Source of the DNA: Eledone cirrhosa
Lineage: Eukaryota
Direction: 5' to 3'
NCBI GenBank assembly: GCA_964016885.1
Contig: OZ024742.1
Coordinates: forward strand, 31,310,001 to 31,374,000
Length of the DNA: 64,000 bases
Shown here: piece by piece, positions 54,509-64,000 of the stretch
How positions within the stretch are numbered: position 1 is the first letter of the stretch
How the letters are laid out: each line of letters opens with the position of its first letter
Position numbers and translations under genes: made by a program
The notes under the pieces: model-generated
Told to the model about the DNA's origin: nothing
Seen by the model: only the letters and a program-made list of their open reading frames with translations
Database searches by the model: none

Positions 54509-55842
54509 ATATCTATCTATCTATATATATATATATATATATAAACCTTTGTTTGTACTGTCTCTCTGTTTTGTTCCCATTCCATTTTTTAACTATATAT
54601 ATATATATATATATAAGCATACAGATGCCCCAGCATAGCCTCACTCTAATGACTGAAACCAGTAACAAAATAGAATACACACAACTAAGAATATACAAAC
54701 GTGCATGTAAACAAATTATATAAATTTTGTTTCTCCACTGAGTTACTTGCTACTACCTAAGATTTCAAAGCCGACTCTAATATAACTTAGACACTATATA
54801 TGCTAAATGTTATCGAGTCTCTATATCCTATGCTAGGCTATGCTTTGAAACCTTAGGTAGTAGCAAGCAACTGAGTTGAGAAATTATTTATAATGATATA
54901 TTTTGGCTCTATACTTAACATAGAGCACTCTTTTCCCTTTATCTATTCTACGGAAACTCTTGACACTACGCATCCACACGTGAGAGAGAGAGAGAGAGTA
55001 AAGTCGACTAGAATACATTTTATAAAAGGTTTAGTTTAAGTAGTAAAGCAAGATAGGTAGACAAGCGGTAACGATGTCGATAAACGAAACTAGCGGCCCA
55101 GGTTCGACTCCTACTTGCAGTTAATTCGTTTAACTTACAATACTAACAACTTTGGGAAGGGCATGAAGGTCAAAACGCACTTATTCCTTGTTGTTTTACA
55201 TATTACACAGAGGCCAAAATAATTAATCAGAAATAGTCGGCGAGTAATTTACTTGGAACATTTTCACAGTTTACCTGCCTATCGATCGTAGTGTGGTATT
55301 ACCTGGGAAATTTACCTGATTGTACCTGGAGAGATTACCTACAATGTTATTTGAGGAAATTACCAGAGAGCACATGGAAAAGTTAATTGCGTTGTTACCT
55401 GTGAGATTAGCTTTGGAGGTTTTACCGGTGAAACATCGTTGTACACATCCAGTAGATTTGTAAATATTATATTTGTTGATAATTACACGAAGGAAGGGGG
55501 CACGGCATGTATAGGCGGCAAAGTGTGTGAGATCTGTGAAGAGTTGAGACACATTAAGAGGGGTGAGAGGAGGCAGAAGAGGCTGGTATGTTTGGCTGAA
55601 CGTTAGGATGGTGAAATGAGCTAGTTAAGTTATACAGAAGCCACTGTAGTACCGGTAGAAGATGAGACAAGGATATGACATAGGGGTTGTCAAGGTGATG
55701 GGAGTGGGGTGAGATGGAGTGGGGGTGAATATTTACCAAACAATCGAAGAAATTCCTAATGGTCCAATATTGTTATTACTTCTAATAATTTCCATGTATT
55801 TCTTTCTTTCTTTCTTTATATAATTCTTTCTTTCTTTTACAG

Positions 55843-55870
55843 ATGTTCCATCTCAGTTCGTCCGCTCCAA
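55843..55870 (+). other. Candidate 28-nt host-gene exon
   Basis: Long polypyrimidine tract and TTTACAG acceptor, AA|GTAAGT donor; open in all three frames. Confidence 0.5.
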
Positions 55871-55948
55871 GTAAGTTAAATATTTAGTTTGAATCATTCT
55901 TAGAGCTGGAGTACACCTACATACATATACACACATATATGCATGCAT

Positions 55949-63905
<7,957 letters not shown>

Positions 63906-64000
63906 ACACGTGTGGGCATTCAATTCAATTCCATGCTTGAGTTGTGATGTCCAGTCTTAATGTTGATACCCTAATTCAGAGGTCCCTAATCTAGGGCCTG

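Noticed and set aside
54730-54885. Short inverted repeat containing GAAA-CCTTAGG-TA
   Set aside because: No CTGANGA upstream, so only a possible hammerhead 3' half.
55057-55115. tRNA gene (GGTTCGACTCC)
   Set aside because: B-box present but no cloverleaf; probably a decayed SINE head.

Overview
Repeat-saturated, AT-rich animal genomic DNA. The microsatellite density and SINE sequences look octopus/cephalopod-like (inference, not verified). No complete host gene is visible, only one candidate 28-nt exon at 55843-55870. Four layers stand out. (1) An ~15 kb nest (18.2-33.0 kb) of non-LTR retrotransposons mostly joined by (TTA)n tracts: an intact 1130-aa R4/Dong-type element (RT + CCHC + restriction-like endonuclease), a 5'-truncated near-identical sibling, a second R4/Dong family, a nearly complete Tx1/L1-clade element with four 3' fragments, and tRNA-derived SINEs whose 3' end resembles the Tx1 3' end. 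(2) Ten complete type I hammerhead ribozyme motifs plus one split motif, most with a palindromic helix III, in short Penelope-like termini beside (TA)n tracts and often in inverted pairs; one lies downstream of a GIY-YIG fragment. (3) Several palindromes centred on (TA)n. (4) A ~10 kb 15-bp satellite that switches consensus part-way, and a ~7.9 kb compound (TA)-derived tract. Most long ORFs in the supplied track are translations of simple repeats.
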